64,000 nucleotides of DNA, taken from contig CM060731.1 in the NCBI GenBank assembly GCA_030704615.1, positions 76,136,001-76,200,000 on the forward strand, written 5' to 3'. Shown here in pieces: positions 62,401 through 64,000 of the stretch. Under the pieces are notes generated by a model. The model was not told where the DNA came from and did not search any database. It saw only the letters and a list, made by a program, of their open reading frames with translations. How positions within the stretch are numbered: the first letter of the stretch is position 1; each line of letters begins with the position of its first letter. Source of the DNA: Takakia lepidozioides (lineage: Eukaryota; Plantae; Bryophyta). A program made the position numbers and the translations under genes.

Positions 62401-64000
62401 TGCAAACCATAACACTGGGCCTCTCCACGCCCGTGCTTGCCACAATGCCCACACTGCAACTGTGCAGGCTGTGCATGTGCCGGCCCTTTGCCTCCCTCTG
62501 GACAATCCTTCTTGACGTTGGGTCCTCGATATGTCCAACACACCACATCCGCCCATTGTTGGCCTGCAAATGAAGGTAGAGACCCATGCATCTGAGGTCC
62601 TCTCTGCCCTTCCCTGAGCTTCACATGAGCCCCCTTGTTGCCTTGAGCACGTTGAGGTAGTGGTTGGCTAAGAGCACCACTACCCCGTGGTATCTCCTTA
62701 GCAAATCCCACCATGACCACTCGTTCCTCCACCATGTTGAGCTCTATCCGCTCTGCCAGCAAAAACACATTTGCTAAGGTGGGTTGGGCCGCTTATAGGA
62801 GAGTTGCATCCCGCACCCTTCTCCTCAACTCCTTGTCCAATATCCCATACCGGAATTGGACTGCCTGAGCTTCCGTAACCCCTTGGGTTACATTTATCAA
62901 GCGCCTCATGCGAGTGAAAGCCTCCCTCAAGCTCTCAGTAGGCTTCTGTTGGAACTCTTCGCAACTTCTCTGTCTTCACCCCTCGGTAGTTCCCTCTCAA
63001 CTCTTCGAAGAACTTCACAACAGGGTTAAAGGCAGGCACGGGTACTGGTGCTGGTGTTGGTGCGGTAGTGGCTTGGGTGGACGTCGTAGCTACGGTACCA
63101 CCAGTCCTACTAGTCCCACTCCTGCTTGCTGAAGCTACCGGTGCAGCGGCAGGTGTAGCCACTGCCCTCGTGACTCTAGTGCCCCTAGTGATGGAGACAT
63201 AGTCGGGTGACCAGTACATCCTCTACTCCTCGATCTCAACCTCATGCCCCCGCCTGAACTCATGGTAATCATCCATAGGCGGCCCCTCAAGGTGCTGAAA
63301 CAGCCCCTTCCATGCCATGAAAGGCGTAAATAGTTGTGGATTGCGCATTTGCTACAAATCACACCAACTATCAAACTCTTGGATAAAATCATCCAACTCG
63401 ATGGTGCCCACCGCCCCAGAGTACCTTCGTGGCCTTGGTAGCTCCATACATCTCTTCCATTGTGTCCCACAACAATGGCAAAGAAATAACTTGCACCGCC
63501 GGTATGAGTCCTCCTGATTCACAATCCGAATCAGAACCTTCCGTAGAAGACACAGGAGGTGAAGGTGGCCTAAACCGCACACCTCGTACACTAGTATCGC
63601 TAGTGCTCGAACCGGCACTGTCCCCAGCAACTAGTGGCACCTCCGTGTTGACACTCAACCGGTCATGAACATGTCCCTAAACCCCCTCTCCACAAGGTAA
63701 CCGGGTAGAGAACCTGTTGCGGCTTATGGATTGGAATACTAAGTTCCTAACATAGCCTACACCTGTACCTGCATCCACCGCAAGCATTCCTATGGTTGAC
63801 TGGTCATCACCTCCAACCTCACCACAGGAGAAACAATGATGGTCTGGCTGGTAGCGCCCACACAAAACTAGCATGGCGCACAGTCAAGCATGCAGGTATG
63901 GAGGAGATCCAAACACAAAAAATCAGAACGACAACTCCCCCACACCAAAAACAACTCCACGGTGTTGCTCATGCAAGGACACCCCAGCCCAAACCCGGAC
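59412..64000 (-). mobile_element. Gypsy-like LTR retroelement encoding Gag, zinc knuckle, aspartic protease and cytosine-5 DNA methyltransferase; 5' end outside window
   Basis: Gag PRRYSG...IELDDFIQEFDSWCD and FQQKPTESLREAFTRMRRL; knuckle CGHCGKHGRGEAQC; protease RVLLDSGAQPLMLG...YDVLVGGAML; DNMT motifs; minus-strand end ...CTCACGACA abuts the Copia gag. Confidence 0.85.
59790..60745 (-). pseudogene. DNMT3-like C5 cytosine methyltransferase domain within the retroelement polyprotein (in-frame stops, no frameshift)
   Basis: Motif I LLDLFGGISTRL; II YLHVERD; IV IDLVMAG*PC*GYS (PC at 60455-60460); V DSRSGLFWEM; VI YILENMP; VIII DAATMGSRAHRPRLWWTNL; IX ESERAMGF; X RRQVLGQAMD. Confidence 0.9.

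Overview
Eukaryotic land-plant DNA with GT-AG introns; the gene and transposon content suggests a bryophyte or other non-seed plant (inference). 1-1.1 kb holds the first three exons of a symplekin gene. About 1.9-34.4 kb is a nested transposon island: (1) a Tf1/Tcn1-type Gypsy LTR plus gag stub with a self-priming signature; (2) two inverted ends of a Mutator-like (MULE) element flanking a 500-N gap; (3) a second MULE whose transposase lies head-to-head with a decayed ParB/Srx-like gene; (4) a full-length chromovirus with LTRs about 99% identical; (5) a Copia element broken by two inverted hAT copies forming an 8.2-kb quasi-palindrome. About 35-59 kb is gene-rich: a COMT-like O-methyltransferase, peroxisomal ATP carrier PNC1, an intronless RRM/SR-like gene, VIP3/SKI8 and a GDSL lipase. 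The last 4.6 kb is the most striking part: an LTR-type retroelement whose Gag-protease polyprotein continues in frame into a complete but stop-riddled DNMT3-like cytosine-5 DNA methyltransferase domain, with no RT or integrase before its terminus. All calls come from reading the sequence by eye; no searches were run.
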